Positions 37,038-46,502 of a DNA stretch of 64,000 nt are shown here, piece by piece. Both the position numbers and the translations under genes were made by a program. This DNA is from a virus (taxonomy: Duplodnaviria > Caudoviricetes): positions 1-64,000 of IMG/VR virus record IMGVR_UViG_3300044878_000218; one strand, written 5' to 3'. Within the stretch, counting starts at the first letter, position 1. Every line of letters starts with the position of its first letter. Below the pieces are notes generated by a model. It worked only from the letters and a program-made list of their open reading frames with translations, was not told the DNA's origin and made no database searches.

Positions 37038-37672
37038 TTCTGGCTGAACGTCTGCTGGCGAGCATGCCGATGGGTCAGCCTGGGGTTGGCGAGCAGTACG
37101 GCGGGGGTTACTTCGTTGGACAGCTGACCATTAACAACCTGCTGTACAACATCATCGTCTCGCCAAAAGCCACCGGGCAGCCGGCGGCGGTGATGAAGTA
37201 CAAAGACGACATGGTGAATTTCACCGGGAACACCTCGACCAACGACGGCATCCTGATCCGTGACAACATGATCGCCGCCGGCATCGAGCACTTCCCGATG
37301 CAGCAGTTCTGTGTCGGGCTGACCATCAACGGTTACAACGACTGGTATCTGCCGACCAAGGACGAGATGGAAATCGCCTACCGGGCGATGAAGCCGACCA
37401 CGGCGTCCAACGTCCTTACCTCCGGTAAGAACACCAGCAGCGTGCCACCGCAGACCAACTTCTACACCACGACGGCGCCGGCACAAACGGTACTGGTGAA
37501 CTTCCGGTCTGGTGCGGCGCAGTCCTTCATCAACGACTACTACGCCACGGCCTCTGCCGGTGCCTCTGCCAGCACTTTTCTGCTGAAGCGGATGACCACG
37601 GGCGCTGACTACTCCGAGGAGTACCAGTTCGACCATATCTGCCGGGCCTTCCGGCGAGAATTGGCGGCCTAG
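37034..37672 (+). CDS. DUF1566/Lcl-like (C-type lectin fold) putative adhesin
   Basis: GEQYGGG, GYNDWYLPTKDEM, terminal CRAFRR. Confidence 0.7.
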   Translation: MILAERLLASMPMGQPGVGEQYGGGYFVGQLTINNLLYNIIVSPKATGQPAAVMKYKDDMVNFTGNTSTNDGILIRDNMIAAGIEHFPMQQFCVGLTINGYNDWYLPTKDEMEIAYRAMKPTTASNVLTSGKNTSSVPPQTNFYTTTAPAQTVLVNFRSGAAQSFINDYYATASAGASASTFLLKRMTTGADYSEEYQFDHICRAFRRELAA

Positions 37673-37678
37673 AAACGA

Positions 37679-37714
37679 CAAAAGGGGACAGCGCGAGCTG
37701 TCCCCTTCTGGTTT
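37679..37714. terminator. bidirectional terminator between the two genome arms
   Basis: AAGGGGACAGC-GCGA-GCTGTCCCCTT between convergent genes. Confidence 0.8.
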
Positions 37715-37991
37715 AGGCGTGGGTCCAATCGAACCGGCCGTGCACGTAGCTGCCATCAAGCAACTCGTAGCGCATGGCGCGACTCTTGTCCGAGATGTAA
37801 CTGGTGCGGACCACCTGAACTACCAGCGGCTCCTTCGTGATCGCGGCGTCAGGCCAATCCGACTTGTGGATCACCGCGCCGGCAGGCAGTTTGATCATCA
37901 TGTCGCTGCCCACCGGGGCCAGGTCGCTAGGCGCGTTCCAGGCTGTACTGTGGTCAGTGTAGTCAGCGGGGTTGTGGATCACTTGCTTCAT
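37713..37991 (-). CDS. hypothetical protein
   Basis: ORF with GGAGG RBS. Confidence 0.7.
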   Translation of the reverse strand: MKQVIHNPADYTDHSTAWNAPSDLAPVGSDMMIKLPAGAVIHKSDWPDAAITKEPLVVQVVRTSYISDKSRAMRYELLDGSYVHGRFDWTHA

Positions 37992-38238
37992 GGCCGTCCT
38001 CCGTAATTTCTACCACTTCAAATTCCAGTATCACCCCGTCAAGGTGTGTGACTGACAGCCCGCCAGCCCTGTCCCCAGGTATGGTGAACTGGTAGCCGGC
38101 GTGGCCTTCGCTGTTGATGTAGCCTTCCAACGGCTTCTGCTTCTTCTCTCCCGCCACTGCGGTCTGGAAGATCACCTTGGCGCCCTGGTGCTGGCCGCTC
38201 ACTTCGCGGTACAGCGTGTCGATGCGGATGCGATACAT
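37963..38238 (-). CDS. hypothetical protein
   Basis: Likely start MYRIRIDT at 38238. Confidence 0.6.
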   Translation of the reverse strand: MYRIRIDTLYREVSGQHQGAKVIFQTAVAGEKKQKPLEGYINSEGHAGYQFTIPGDRAGGLSVTHLDGVILEFEVVEITEDGHEASDPQPR

Positions 38239-38240
38239 GC

Positions 38241-38696
38241 TCAGCCCTCGCATTTTACGTGGTAGATGGGTCCGCCGCGGTAATGGGCAGCCTTGGGTCT
38301 CAGCTCGTCCATGATCTGGTCGCGCGTCTTCACAGATCCGTCCGGGTTGGTGTTGAAGGGATTCAAGGTTTGAGAAAACACCTTGGTGCGGGTGCATTTC
38401 TTGCCACACTTTCCGCACGGCGCCGTGGCCTTGACTGTCAGCTTCACCTCTTCAAACGTGTGGCGGGTGGTACGCATTAGGTGCTCCTTGTGGGCAATGG
38501 AAGCCGTAGTCATCCGGTCGTGTTCGATATACAGCTGACCCTCGCCGGGTACGCTGATGGCCACCGGGTCGCACTGAGGGGTGACCATCCCCTTCCAAAC
38601 CAGTTCACCACCGCTTTCGGTGGTGAACGTGATCTCGCAAGGAGCGATCATCGGGCCACACTGAAAGTGCGCCCGGGTAATCACCAGGTCGTGCAT
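38241..38696 (-). CDS. hypothetical protein with C-terminal zinc-ribbon-like motif
   Basis: CGKCGK...HVKC; internal AAGGAG-ATG at 38477 suggests a second start. Confidence 0.65.
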   Translation of the reverse strand: MHDLVITRAHFQCGPMIAPCEITFTTESGGELVWKGMVTPQCDPVAISVPGEGQLYIEHDRMTTASIAHKEHLMRTTRHTFEEVKLTVKATAPCGKCGKKCTRTKVFSQTLNPFNTNPDGSVKTRDQIMDELRPKAAHYRGGPIYHVKCEG

Positions 38697-38697
38697 C

Positions 38698-40965
38698 TTA
38701 TTCCCCTACGTTCACAATGTTTTCCGCCAACGCCTGGTCGGTCTCGCGGTGGGTAATCATCAGCACCTGCTTGGCGCTGGTGGCGATCATCGCTGCCAGG
38801 CTGGCGGCGTTGTGCTCACGGCAGGACTCGGTCGGCTCGTCGAAGATCAGCAGGGCGTCTTTGCCGTACAGCGCACGACCCAGGCCGACCCGCAGCGACA
38901 CACCGATCATCGCTTTCTGTGCGCCAGACGCGCTGCTCGATGGCGCCATGATGCCGGCTTCCTCGAACATGAACTCGCCGTCGACGTTGTCGATCTTGGT
39001 GATGGTGTCCTTCGAAGCGACCCGCACCAGTCGGCTGGCGATGCCGGTGATGGTGTCCCACACTTCCTTCAGGTACTGCTGACGACGGTCACGCAGGAAC
39101 TGCACCAGGCGGGTGTACTTCTTGGACAGCACCAGGTGCTCGACCGACGCTGCGGCGCTGGATTTCAGGCCGTCCAGCTTCTCTTGTGCCGCGGCGTGCA
39201 GTTTCACGCGGAAGCCGTGCTCAGATTTGGCCTGGGTCACAGCTGCGCTCAGGCTGCTGGACTTGTCAGCCCATGCAGCGCGAGCCACCTGATATTCCTG
39301 TTCCAGCAGTTCAGCGTGGGCCAGTTCCTTCTCGGTCGGTGGCTCTGGCAGCGCTTCCAGCTCGTCGTTCAGGGTCTGCAGGCCGGCCTGCAAGGCGGTC
39401 AGTTCGTCCTGTGCCTTGGTCAACGCCTTCTGCTCAGCAACTACTCGAGTATTGTTGGCTTCGACGCCCTTCAGTTTTTCACCCATCGCTGCGTAGGAGT
39501 CACGGGCTTCGTTGACTTGACCTTCTGCACCCGACAACTCGTCTTGGATCACGTTCAGGGCGCGCAGCGGTGCCAGGGCTTCCTTGGCTGCGGTGTGGGC
39601 AGCCAGTGCCGCGTCGATCTTGACCGTGGCGTCTTCGAAGGCAGTCAGCTTGTCATTCAGGTTCTTCCGGCTGGTCTGGAAGGTCACCAACCCGGCCTTC
39701 AGTTCAGCGACATAGGCCACTCTGTTGTCCCACCACTTCTTGGCCTCGTCAGCTTCGGCCTTCAGTTTAACCGGGTCGTGGTCTTCCTTGGCTCGGTTGC
39801 AGGTCGGGCACACGGCGCCGTCGGACAGGCTGAGCAGGTTGTCGTATTTGGCTTTGGCCTGGCCAACAGCTTCCGACTCGCGCTCAATGTCCTTCTGCTG
39901 CGTGGCGATGTACTCAGTGACAGCATCCAGCTCGACTTCTGCTGCGTCATGATCGAACTCCGCCCAGTTGGCGGTGTAGCTCTGCTGCTGAGTGTCCAGC
40001 GCCAGATCCGTCTCGTCGACCTTCTGTTTGGCTGCCGTGGCGACGGCCAGTTCTTCAACCAGCACACCTTTGGCCGCTGCCAGTTCCAGACCCTGCGTCT
40101 TCAGGCCCGCCATGTCGTTGCGAATGGCGTCACCGTCCTGCAGGCTGACCCCTTCGACACGCATCTGCGCCTCGTTCACACGCTGCTGAGCGTGGCCGAC
40201 GTTGGTTTCAGCCAGGGTGATCTTGTTGGACAGGTTGACGACGGCGTCCATCTGCTTGCGCATTTCTTTGGACGATGCCGGCACTTCCACGCTGAACGAT
40301 CCGTGGGCTTCCTGCTGCTGCACAGCGGCTTCGACGTTGACGCTGGCCAATTGCAGGGCTTCCGAGGCTTCCTGCAGGTCAGCTTCAGCCGCCTTCATCA
40401 CCTCGTCGTCCACCGACTTGGCGTCAGCGTGGCTGTTGTTCACGGTAGCCTGGCGCTGGGCTTCAGCCTGGACCTTGTCGATCAGTTCGACACCGGCGAA
40501 GGCTTCGACCTTGCGGTTCAGCGCCGCAGCGCCGTATTTCAGGATGCCGGCCGAGGAACCTTGCTCAGATTGCACAAACAGGTTCCAGTCGTCAGCGACC
40601 AGACCCAGCAGTTCTTCCATCTTGGCCCGAACCGGAGTGGCGCCGTTGGCCACCAGCTCGACGCTGCCATCTGGCAGGGTGCGGGTCAGCTTGGCGGTGT
40701 TGCCGGTGCGGAAGCAGGTGTAGAGCTCAGGACCGTGCAGCTGGAAGGTGTTGGTGACGCTGAACTTGTCCTGACCCCAGGTCGGGATGTTCTCTTTCTT
40801 GACCGAGGCCATGGTGACGCCGAAGAAGCACACGCCGATCGCTTCGAGCAGCGTGGATTTGCCGTTGGCGTTGTCGCCGGCAATGATGTTCAGGCCGGTG
40901 GTGAAATCCGCAGAGAAATTGCCGAGCTTCTTGAAGTTCTCGGTGACGCAAGTTAACAGACGCAT
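38698..40965 (-). CDS. sbcC: SbcC/Rad50-like ATPase
   Basis: GDNANGKST Walker A, CPTC zinc hook, ASGAQ signature, IFDEPT Walker B. Confidence 0.95.
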   Translation of the reverse strand: MRLLTCVTENFKKLGNFSADFTTGLNIIAGDNANGKSTLLEAIGVCFFGVTMASVKKENIPTWGQDKFSVTNTFQLHGPELYTCFRTGNTAKLTRTLPDGSVELVANGATPVRAKMEELLGLVADDWNLFVQSEQGSSAGILKYGAAALNRKVEAFAGVELIDKVQAEAQRQATVNNSHADAKSVDDEVMKAAEADLQEASEALQLASVNVEAAVQQQEAHGSFSVEVPASSKEMRKQMDAVVNLSNKITLAETNVGHAQQRVNEAQMRVEGVSLQDGDAIRNDMAGLKTQGLELAAAKGVLVEELAVATAAKQKVDETDLALDTQQQSYTANWAEFDHDAAEVELDAVTEYIATQQKDIERESEAVGQAKAKYDNLLSLSDGAVCPTCNRAKEDHDPVKLKAEADEAKKWWDNRVAYVAELKAGLVTFQTSRKNLNDKLTAFEDATVKIDAALAAHTAAKEALAPLRALNVIQDELSGAEGQVNEARDSYAAMGEKLKGVEANNTRVVAEQKALTKAQDELTALQAGLQTLNDELEALPEPPTEKELAHAELLEQEYQVARAAWADKSSSLSAAVTQAKSEHGFRVKLHAAAQEKLDGLKSSAAASVEHLVLSKKYTRLVQFLRDRRQQYLKEVWDTITGIASRLVRVASKDTITKIDNVDGEFMFEEAGIMAPSSSASGAQKAMIGVSLRVGLGRALYGKDALLIFDEPTESCREHNAASLAAMIATSAKQVLMITHRETDQALAENIVNVGE

Positions 40966-40995
40966 GGCGCCTCCTATAAAGGGATTTGTCGCTAG

Positions 40996-41391
40996 TTAGC
41001 GAGAATACGTGTGAAGGATGATAGCCGCGATGGCGATCGACAGCTTGTGCGGGAACAGGTTGATCGGCCGTGGATCGCTGTACTCGTAGGTCAGCCACTT
41101 GACCAGCCGGTCGACCTGTTCCTTGCTGTGGTACGGGTTGGACCGGTAGAAGGCAGCCTCGCTTTCAGCGCGCTGCCTGGCCAGTTCCGGGTCGGGGTAG
41201 AACAGGTTAGGATCACGCGCTGTCTTCAGCTGCTCCATCAGCCAGTTCATGTTGTGCTCGCTCTTGCCGCACTGGCTGAAGTTACGGACGATCACGCTGT
41301 CAGCGCTGGGGTTGCACTCACGGATCATCCGGTCGACCGTGAAGGGCACGCGCCGCCCTTCGATGTACATCTCCCAGTCAAGCCTGTTCAT
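40996..41391 (-). CDS. hypothetical protein
   Basis: ORF in operon context. Confidence 0.65.
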   Translation of the reverse strand: MNRLDWEMYIEGRRVPFTVDRMIRECNPSADSVIVRNFSQCGKSEHNMNWLMEQLKTARDPNLFYPDPELARQRAESEAAFYRSNPYHSKEQVDRLVKWLTYEYSDPRPINLFPHKLSIAIAAIILHTYSR

Positions 41392-41908
41392 CGTTCTCTA
41401 CCGAAGCCAGGTAGTCCTTGAAGTCCGCTGCCTGGTGGTGTGAGTAACGCAGCTTGCGCCGCATCGCCACTTCCACACGCTGATCGCAAAGGCCTTCGTC
41501 CTGCATCGCAGGGATGTCCAGGCTGATCATGCCGATACAGGCAGCCAGCTCGCCCATCTCCTTGAGCAGGTGGTCCCGGTTGTTGCCTTGCATAGGGTGG
41601 TCAGGGCTGTAGCTGTCGTAGCCGTGGCGCAGGATCTTGGTGATGCAGTGCGCAACCTCAGTGCACTCCTCCGCCAGCATGACCAGTCGTTCCTGCTGCG
41701 CCGGGGTCAGACCGTTGAAGTGAGCGTTGGCAATCTGGTCGATACCTGGCTGATCAGGCTCTTGAGGACGAAGGAACAGCTCAGCGTGTCCCGCTACCTT
41801 TTCCAGCTCCTCGATGTCGCCTTCGGCCAGCAGACCTTTGTTGGTCAGCGTGTCTACGGCGTCGACCACGGTCTCAAGGATGTCGTTGACCCTATCTACT
41901 GCACTCAT
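41378..41908 (-). CDS. MazG-like NTP pyrophosphohydrolase
   Basis: LAEECTEV...KILRHG...LLKEMGEL pattern. Confidence 0.7.
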   Translation of the reverse strand: MSAVDRVNDILETVVDAVDTLTNKGLLAEGDIEELEKVAGHAELFLRPQEPDQPGIDQIANAHFNGLTPAQQERLVMLAEECTEVAHCITKILRHGYDSYSPDHPMQGNNRDHLLKEMGELAACIGMISLDIPAMQDEGLCDQRVEVAMRRKLRYSHHQAADFKDYLASVENDEQA

Positions 41909-42978
41909 GCCATCACCTTCGATACCAGTTCAGCGAACAGCGGCGCCAGATCGGTGCCTTCCAGATCCCGAGCAATGCGGGTCTTCAGGTCTTCGACGAC
42001 CACGCCCTCGATGTCGGTGTCCACGTCCTGCAGCGAATCCTTGATCTCGACCCGATTGCGCACGGCGAACATCTCGGTGACCTCGACTTCCTCGCCTTCC
42101 GGCACGTAGAACGATGCTTTCCAGACCTCGCGGATGTACTCGCTGACCGCCACAGCGTCCGCCACCGACTCGGCGCCGATGACGTCGACGAACTGAACCC
42201 CGGTCAGGTCGGGGATCTCGCTGCCCATCTTGATCTCGCGGTAGCGATCCTTCTCGGACCACACCAGATTCTTGGTCAGGGTGGCCGTCTCCAGCTCCAG
42301 GTCGTAGGTGAACTTGTCACCGATGTCATGGAAGCTGGTCGGGTGGGTGTTGCCGAGGACAACGACTTGGCCGCCAAGGTCAGTCGAACCGTTGTGCTCA
42401 TGGCCGATGAAGATGTAATCGAAGCTGCCGATCAGTTCCTGCGCCATGGCGCGGGGCAGGTTCAGCGTGTTGTCCGTGGCTGCCAGCTGGAAGTCGTAGT
42501 TGCAATGCAGGAACAGGTAGCTGGCCAGACCATCGCGGTTGTGGGCAGCGTGGGCAGCAGCCTCGCGCATCGCCACCTCGAAGATCTCTTGGCTGGCATG
42601 ATGCGGCACGAAGTACATCGACTCGAAGCAGTCGAAGTACGGGTCGGTCAGGTTCGGCGCTGCAATGATCGGGCAGCCCTGCTCTTTCAACAGACGCAGC
42701 GACGACATGGTGCCTTCACGGTTGGTCTCGTCATGGTTGCCGGCCAGGGTCCACTTGCATCCCATGGCCACAGCGAAGCCCTGAGCGATGACCTCTTCCT
42801 TGTTGAACGACTTGTCGAACAGGTCGCCGACGCAGACCTTCGGGTGCTCGCCGGTGCTGACAATGGCCATAGCCTGGTGGAACAGTTCCATCTTCAGCGC
42901 GTCAGACGACTCGCGGGTGGTGTGCGCTGCCCGGCTGGTGCCCAGGTGCGGGTCGGTAAAGATCGTGATGTTCTTCAT
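41905..42978 (-). CDS. sbcD: SbcD/Mre11-like nuclease
   Basis: DPHLG, GDLFD, GNHD, GHEH metallophosphoesterase motifs. Confidence 0.92.
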   Translation of the reverse strand: MKNITIFTDPHLGTSRAAHTTRESSDALKMELFHQAMAIVSTGEHPKVCVGDLFDKSFNKEEVIAQGFAVAMGCKWTLAGNHDETNREGTMSSLRLLKEQGCPIIAAPNLTDPYFDCFESMYFVPHHASQEIFEVAMREAAAHAAHNRDGLASYLFLHCNYDFQLAATDNTLNLPRAMAQELIGSFDYIFIGHEHNGSTDLGGQVVVLGNTHPTSFHDIGDKFTYDLELETATLTKNLVWSEKDRYREIKMGSEIPDLTGVQFVDVIGAESVADAVAVSEYIREVWKASFYVPEGEEVEVTEMFAVRNRVEIKDSLQDVDTDIEGVVVEDLKTRIARDLEGTDLAPLFAELVSKVMA

Positions 42979-43091
42979 GTAAACAGTCCTTTAAGCGAAT
43001 GGTAGACCGCAGATACCAATGGAATCGCGGTGAAAACGATGATCCCTTCCAGCAGAATCAGGGCGAAAGCTCTCTTGGTGCGGTTGGTCAT
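42975..43091 (-). CDS. small single-TM membrane protein (38 aa), below the ORF-track cutoff
   Basis: MTNRTKRAFALILLEGIIVFTAIPLVSAVYHSLKGLFT; AAGGA RBS; ATGA overlap with sbcD start. Confidence 0.65.
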   Translation of the reverse strand: MTNRTKRAFALILLEGIIVFTAIPLVSAVYHSLKGLFT

Positions 43092-43138
43092 GCGTCCACA
43101 TCCTTTTGGGCGGGGCAGGCAGGCTGCCCCGGGTTAGG

Positions 43139-44278
43139 TCACAGAGGTTCGTGCCAGCATTTTGCGGTGGCGATGTTCGGGATGCCATCCGGGGTGAAGC
43201 CGAAGTGCTCAAGGGTCAGCATGCGGCCGATGTTCTTGCCTGCGACCAGCGCTTCCCACTCGGCGTGCTTCTCCGGCACGGTGCCGTGGGCGGTGGCCTT
43301 GGCACGCTTCACGCCGGTCGGGGTGTTGACCTCGTAGATGAACTTCGGCACCTGGTAGGTGATGCCCTTGACCACCTGCTGCTCAGCCAGCTCCCAGTCC
43401 ACGACCTTGACCTCGAAGTCGGTGAAGTCCTTTACCTTGGTGCAGTATTTGGTGCGCTTGCCGTCGCGGTAGCCTTCACGGCCCCAGCGCAGGATGCTGC
43501 CTTCGTAGCCTTCCTTCACCCACTTGCGGTGCAAGGCCATGGCTTCTTCCAGGCTGCGAACCCGCACGGTCTCGACCAGCTTGATGCGGACGTCAAGGTT
43601 CTCGGTGTTGGCGAAGGCCTGTTCCACGGCAGCGAAACGATCCTCGAAGGCCTCGTCGCTGATGCAGTCGTAGATGTGGTATTCCAGCTGCAGCGACTCT
43701 TCCCGTGGCTTGGTGATCAGGCTGCCGATCGCCTGCAGGGTCAGGCCGTGGACATACAGCTCGCCGTCGAGGTGCAGGTCAGCGAACGCCGGCTGCGCAT
43801 CCAGAGCGTCCTGAATGTGCTGGACGTTGTGCGCCTTGCCACCGCGGCTGTAGATGATGTCGTCTTCCAGGCAGCGGTGACCGTCGTACTTGCGCTGCAG
43901 GAAGGCGTTGTCCCAGTCGACCTCGTCCATGTTGACGTCTTGCATCTTCTCGGCCAGCTGCGGCTTCTTCTTGCCCAGGCCGTTGGTGACCGGCGCTGCG
44001 GCCTCCTCGATGGTCTCGACATAGCCCAGGCGGATCTGCTTGCTGACCCGGGACTGGGCTTCAAACACCGCCTGGTCGCCCGGCGAGGTCTCGTTGGCCC
44101 GGCCAATGTTCTTGCCCTTGATCGAGGCGAACTTCTCGCTCACGGTGCCGCCTTCGGACTTGGCGAAGGTGATCTTCAGGCGGGCGCCGCCATCCTCCAG
44201 GCTTTCGGCGTCGACTTGCCACCAGCCAATGGTTTTGCCCATGTTCTTGTAGAGACGCTTGGTCGAAAGTACAGTCAT
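43139..44278 (-). CDS. ATP-dependent DNA ligase
   Basis: QRKYDGHRC, LDGELY, GYEGSILR, KVKDF motifs. Confidence 0.92.
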   Translation of the reverse strand: MTVLSTKRLYKNMGKTIGWWQVDAESLEDGGARLKITFAKSEGGTVSEKFASIKGKNIGRANETSPGDQAVFEAQSRVSKQIRLGYVETIEEAAAPVTNGLGKKKPQLAEKMQDVNMDEVDWDNAFLQRKYDGHRCLEDDIIYSRGGKAHNVQHIQDALDAQPAFADLHLDGELYVHGLTLQAIGSLITKPREESLQLEYHIYDCISDEAFEDRFAAVEQAFANTENLDVRIKLVETVRVRSLEEAMALHRKWVKEGYEGSILRWGREGYRDGKRTKYCTKVKDFTDFEVKVVDWELAEQQVVKGITYQVPKFIYEVNTPTGVKRAKATAHGTVPEKHAEWEALVAGKNIGRMLTLEHFGFTPDGIPNIATAKCWHEPL

Positions 44279-44309
44279 GATTAGTCCTTAGATGAAGATT
44301 CCCCGCTAG

Positions 44310-44831
44310 TTAGCGGGGTTGGTGGAGTGTATCCCCGCGCTTGGGGATTTGAAAGTAGTCGACCAGCAGGTCAGCGACCCGCTGATGCTGCAACCGGTTG
44401 ATCACCCCGGTGTTTTCCCATGATGCCAACAGGAACTTCTTGTCGATGCGCGCATTGTCGTAGACGGCCAGGCCGTCCCACAGCTGCATCCCACCGTTCT
44501 GTGCATCCCAAAACAGGATGTAGTACGGCACGCCCAGCAGAAACCGGAACCGAGCAATTGCCCCTCGCTGCGAAGGACGGACAGCATCCTTCGGCATCGA
44601 GCTGTGCTTCTCGCTGGCCTTCACTTCGAGGAAGCACAGCCTCTGGTCTTCGTGTAGGTTTTTACACGCTGCAGGAAGACCGAGGATGTAATCGCTTGGC
44701 TGCTCGGCAACGACGGACCCTGCGGCCCCGGTGTCCGTGAGGCGGTGGTAGCTGACCAGCCGCTGTTCAAACAGCAGCTTCATCACCTTCACCATCTCTT
44801 TCTCGAACACCTTTCCGATGTGAGCAGCCAT
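44310..44831 (-). CDS. Holliday junction resolvase (RecU/PD-(D/E)xK-like)
   Basis: GKVFE, PSDY, LEVKAS, Q motifs. Confidence 0.75.
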   Translation of the reverse strand: MAAHIGKVFEKEMVKVMKLLFEQRLVSYHRLTDTGAAGSVVAEQPSDYILGLPAACKNLHEDQRLCFLEVKASEKHSSMPKDAVRPSQRGAIARFRFLLGVPYYILFWDAQNGGMQLWDGLAVYDNARIDKKFLLASWENTGVINRLQHQRVADLLVDYFQIPKRGDTLHQPR

Positions 44832-44833
44832 GG

Positions 44834-45418
44834 TCAGCGCCCCAGCAGTTCGTCTACCAAGCCCATGAGCTTGATGTCGAAGTCGACCAGGGTGCCGTCG
44901 TTGCGGATGGTGTGGGTGATGTAGTGCTGGCTGATGCCCTGCTCACTTTGGTGGCCAGGGATGCCAACCTGCAGGCCGACGGCAGCCTTGATCTTTTCCT
45001 TCACGGTGCGAGGCACCGGCCGGACGATGTCCAAGATCACGCCGCCGTTCTGCTGAATCCACTCAGCCTCGGAGTCAAAGCGCACGTCGCTGAGGACCAT
45101 GCCCTTGGCCATAGGGCAATACTCCGCGACCTCACGGTACTTGCGATCCACCAGGTTGACCCACATCTGTGGGTGCATCAGGTTGCGGCCCCACTCGGTG
45201 CCCAGCGTCTGCATCATCTCCCGGTACGACTTACCGGTCTCAGGGCAGATGCCGGAGCGATCGCCTTCGTGGAAGTGGTCGCCGAAGACCGACTTCAGCA
45301 TGGTCTTCAGCGGCTCAGCGAAGGCGTATTTGTAAAACATCATGTTGCGCGCCAGGTAGTTGGCGGCGTGGTCCTTCCCTGCACGGGCTCTGCCATGCAC
45401 CCCGATCAGCATCATCAT
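44834..45418 (-). CDS. deoxynucleoside monophosphate kinase
   Basis: GRARAGKD, FAEPLK, MQTLGTEWGR, DVRFDSE, HQSE. Confidence 0.92.
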   Translation of the reverse strand: MMMLIGVHGRARAGKDHAANYLARNMMFYKYAFAEPLKTMLKSVFGDHFHEGDRSGICPETGKSYREMMQTLGTEWGRNLMHPQMWVNLVDRKYREVAEYCPMAKGMVLSDVRFDSEAEWIQQNGGVILDIVRPVPRTVKEKIKAAVGLQVGIPGHQSEQGISQHYITHTIRNDGTLVDFDIKLMGLVDELLGR

Positions 45419-46161
45419 ATTGCCTCCGTCAAACGTAGACACAGCGCCTCGCGCAACTCAGCGCTGAACAACATGTCGCACTTGGGACCGAGCAGCCACT
45501 CGCAGTAGGACTGGTCAAGGTTCTTCACCTTGCTGCCCTTGTGCTTGCCGAAGCCGATCTTCATTTCCACGGTGCCGTCGTCGCCCTTCATCCAGGCCAT
45601 CAGGCCGTCGAGGTCGTCGACCTTGGCCCAGCTGAACAGTGGCTTGAAGCACTTGAGGGTGGCGTCCACGTCGGCCGAGGCGTCGTGGGCACCGGTCATG
45701 GGGTGACCCATCAGGTGTTCGTAGAAGTAGACCAGCTTGGCGCTCGGCCACTTGTGCTCGGTCTTCAGCTTGCGCGCTGCCCGCATCAGGTCGATGGACT
45801 TCGGTGCACGGAAGCCGACGCGCGCTGCAATGCGGTTGTCGAAGGTGTAGCTGTTGTAGCCGATGACCGCGTCAAGGTTCAGCGAGTTGACGGTGTCCAT
45901 CTGCTCAGCCAGGTAGGGTTCCCACGGCACCTCGTCCAGCAGCTGGTGGGCATAGTAACCATGGACCTTCGACGCTTCCGGGTGGATCTCCTTGCCCGGG
46001 TTCATCAGCATCAGGTCTTGGTCGTGGATGTCATAGCTGCCGTCCTGGTGCAAGGTCACGATCCACAGCGCGGATTGCAGGACGCCACACGTGGCAGCGT
46101 CGGTCCCTGTGGTTTCGTAGTCGTGAGCTAGCGCTCTGACACTCTGTCCATTGAAACTCAT
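45415..46161 (-). CDS. DEDDh 3'-5' exonuclease (ExoX-like)
   Basis: DYETTG, YNSYTFD, AHDASADV, FGKHKG. Confidence 0.9.
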   Translation of the reverse strand: MSFNGQSVRALAHDYETTGTDAATCGVLQSALWIVTLHQDGSYDIHDQDLMLMNPGKEIHPEASKVHGYYAHQLLDEVPWEPYLAEQMDTVNSLNLDAVIGYNSYTFDNRIAARVGFRAPKSIDLMRAARKLKTEHKWPSAKLVYFYEHLMGHPMTGAHDASADVDATLKCFKPLFSWAKVDDLDGLMAWMKGDDGTVEMKIGFGKHKGSKVKNLDQSYCEWLLGPKCDMLFSAELREALCLRLTEAI

Positions 46162-46502
46162 TTTGCTTTCCTTTCTCTGGCGAAGAAGTCTTTGTGAATG
46201 GCGGGCCACTTCTTGCGGAACGCCTCGATCCGACCAGCCATCAAACTTTCGTGATGTTTGACGTCACGCAGTTGACGGAGCAGAACCGATTGCTCATGCC
46301 GCAAGCGCTGGTTCTGTTCAAGCAGTCGGGTGTTTTCCTTGAGCATCTTGTTGACGTCGAGCGGGGAGCCATCAGGGAGGGACAGCGTAACCTCCGTCTG
46401 TATCTGGCTTGTGTCAGGGAGGCTGCGGACAGCCTCCTTGAACCGATCCCACCAACTGCCATCAGTCGGCGATGTTCTCAACAGCCACCTCCTCATCTTC
46501 AT
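46158..46502 (-). CDS. hypothetical coiled-coil protein (start uncertain)
   Basis: Fills the gap between pol and exonuclease; ATGA coupling at the 3' end. Confidence 0.55.
   Translation of the reverse strand: MKMRRWLLRTSPTDGSWWDRFKEAVRSLPDTSQIQTEVTLSLPDGSPLDVNKMLKENTRLLEQNQRLRHEQSVLLRQLRDVKHHESLMAGRIEAFRKKWPAIHKDFFARERKAK

Noticed and set aside
37034-37672. Diversity-generating retroelement targeting the DUF1566-like gene
   Set aside because: No reverse transcriptase or template/variable repeat pair seen in the window
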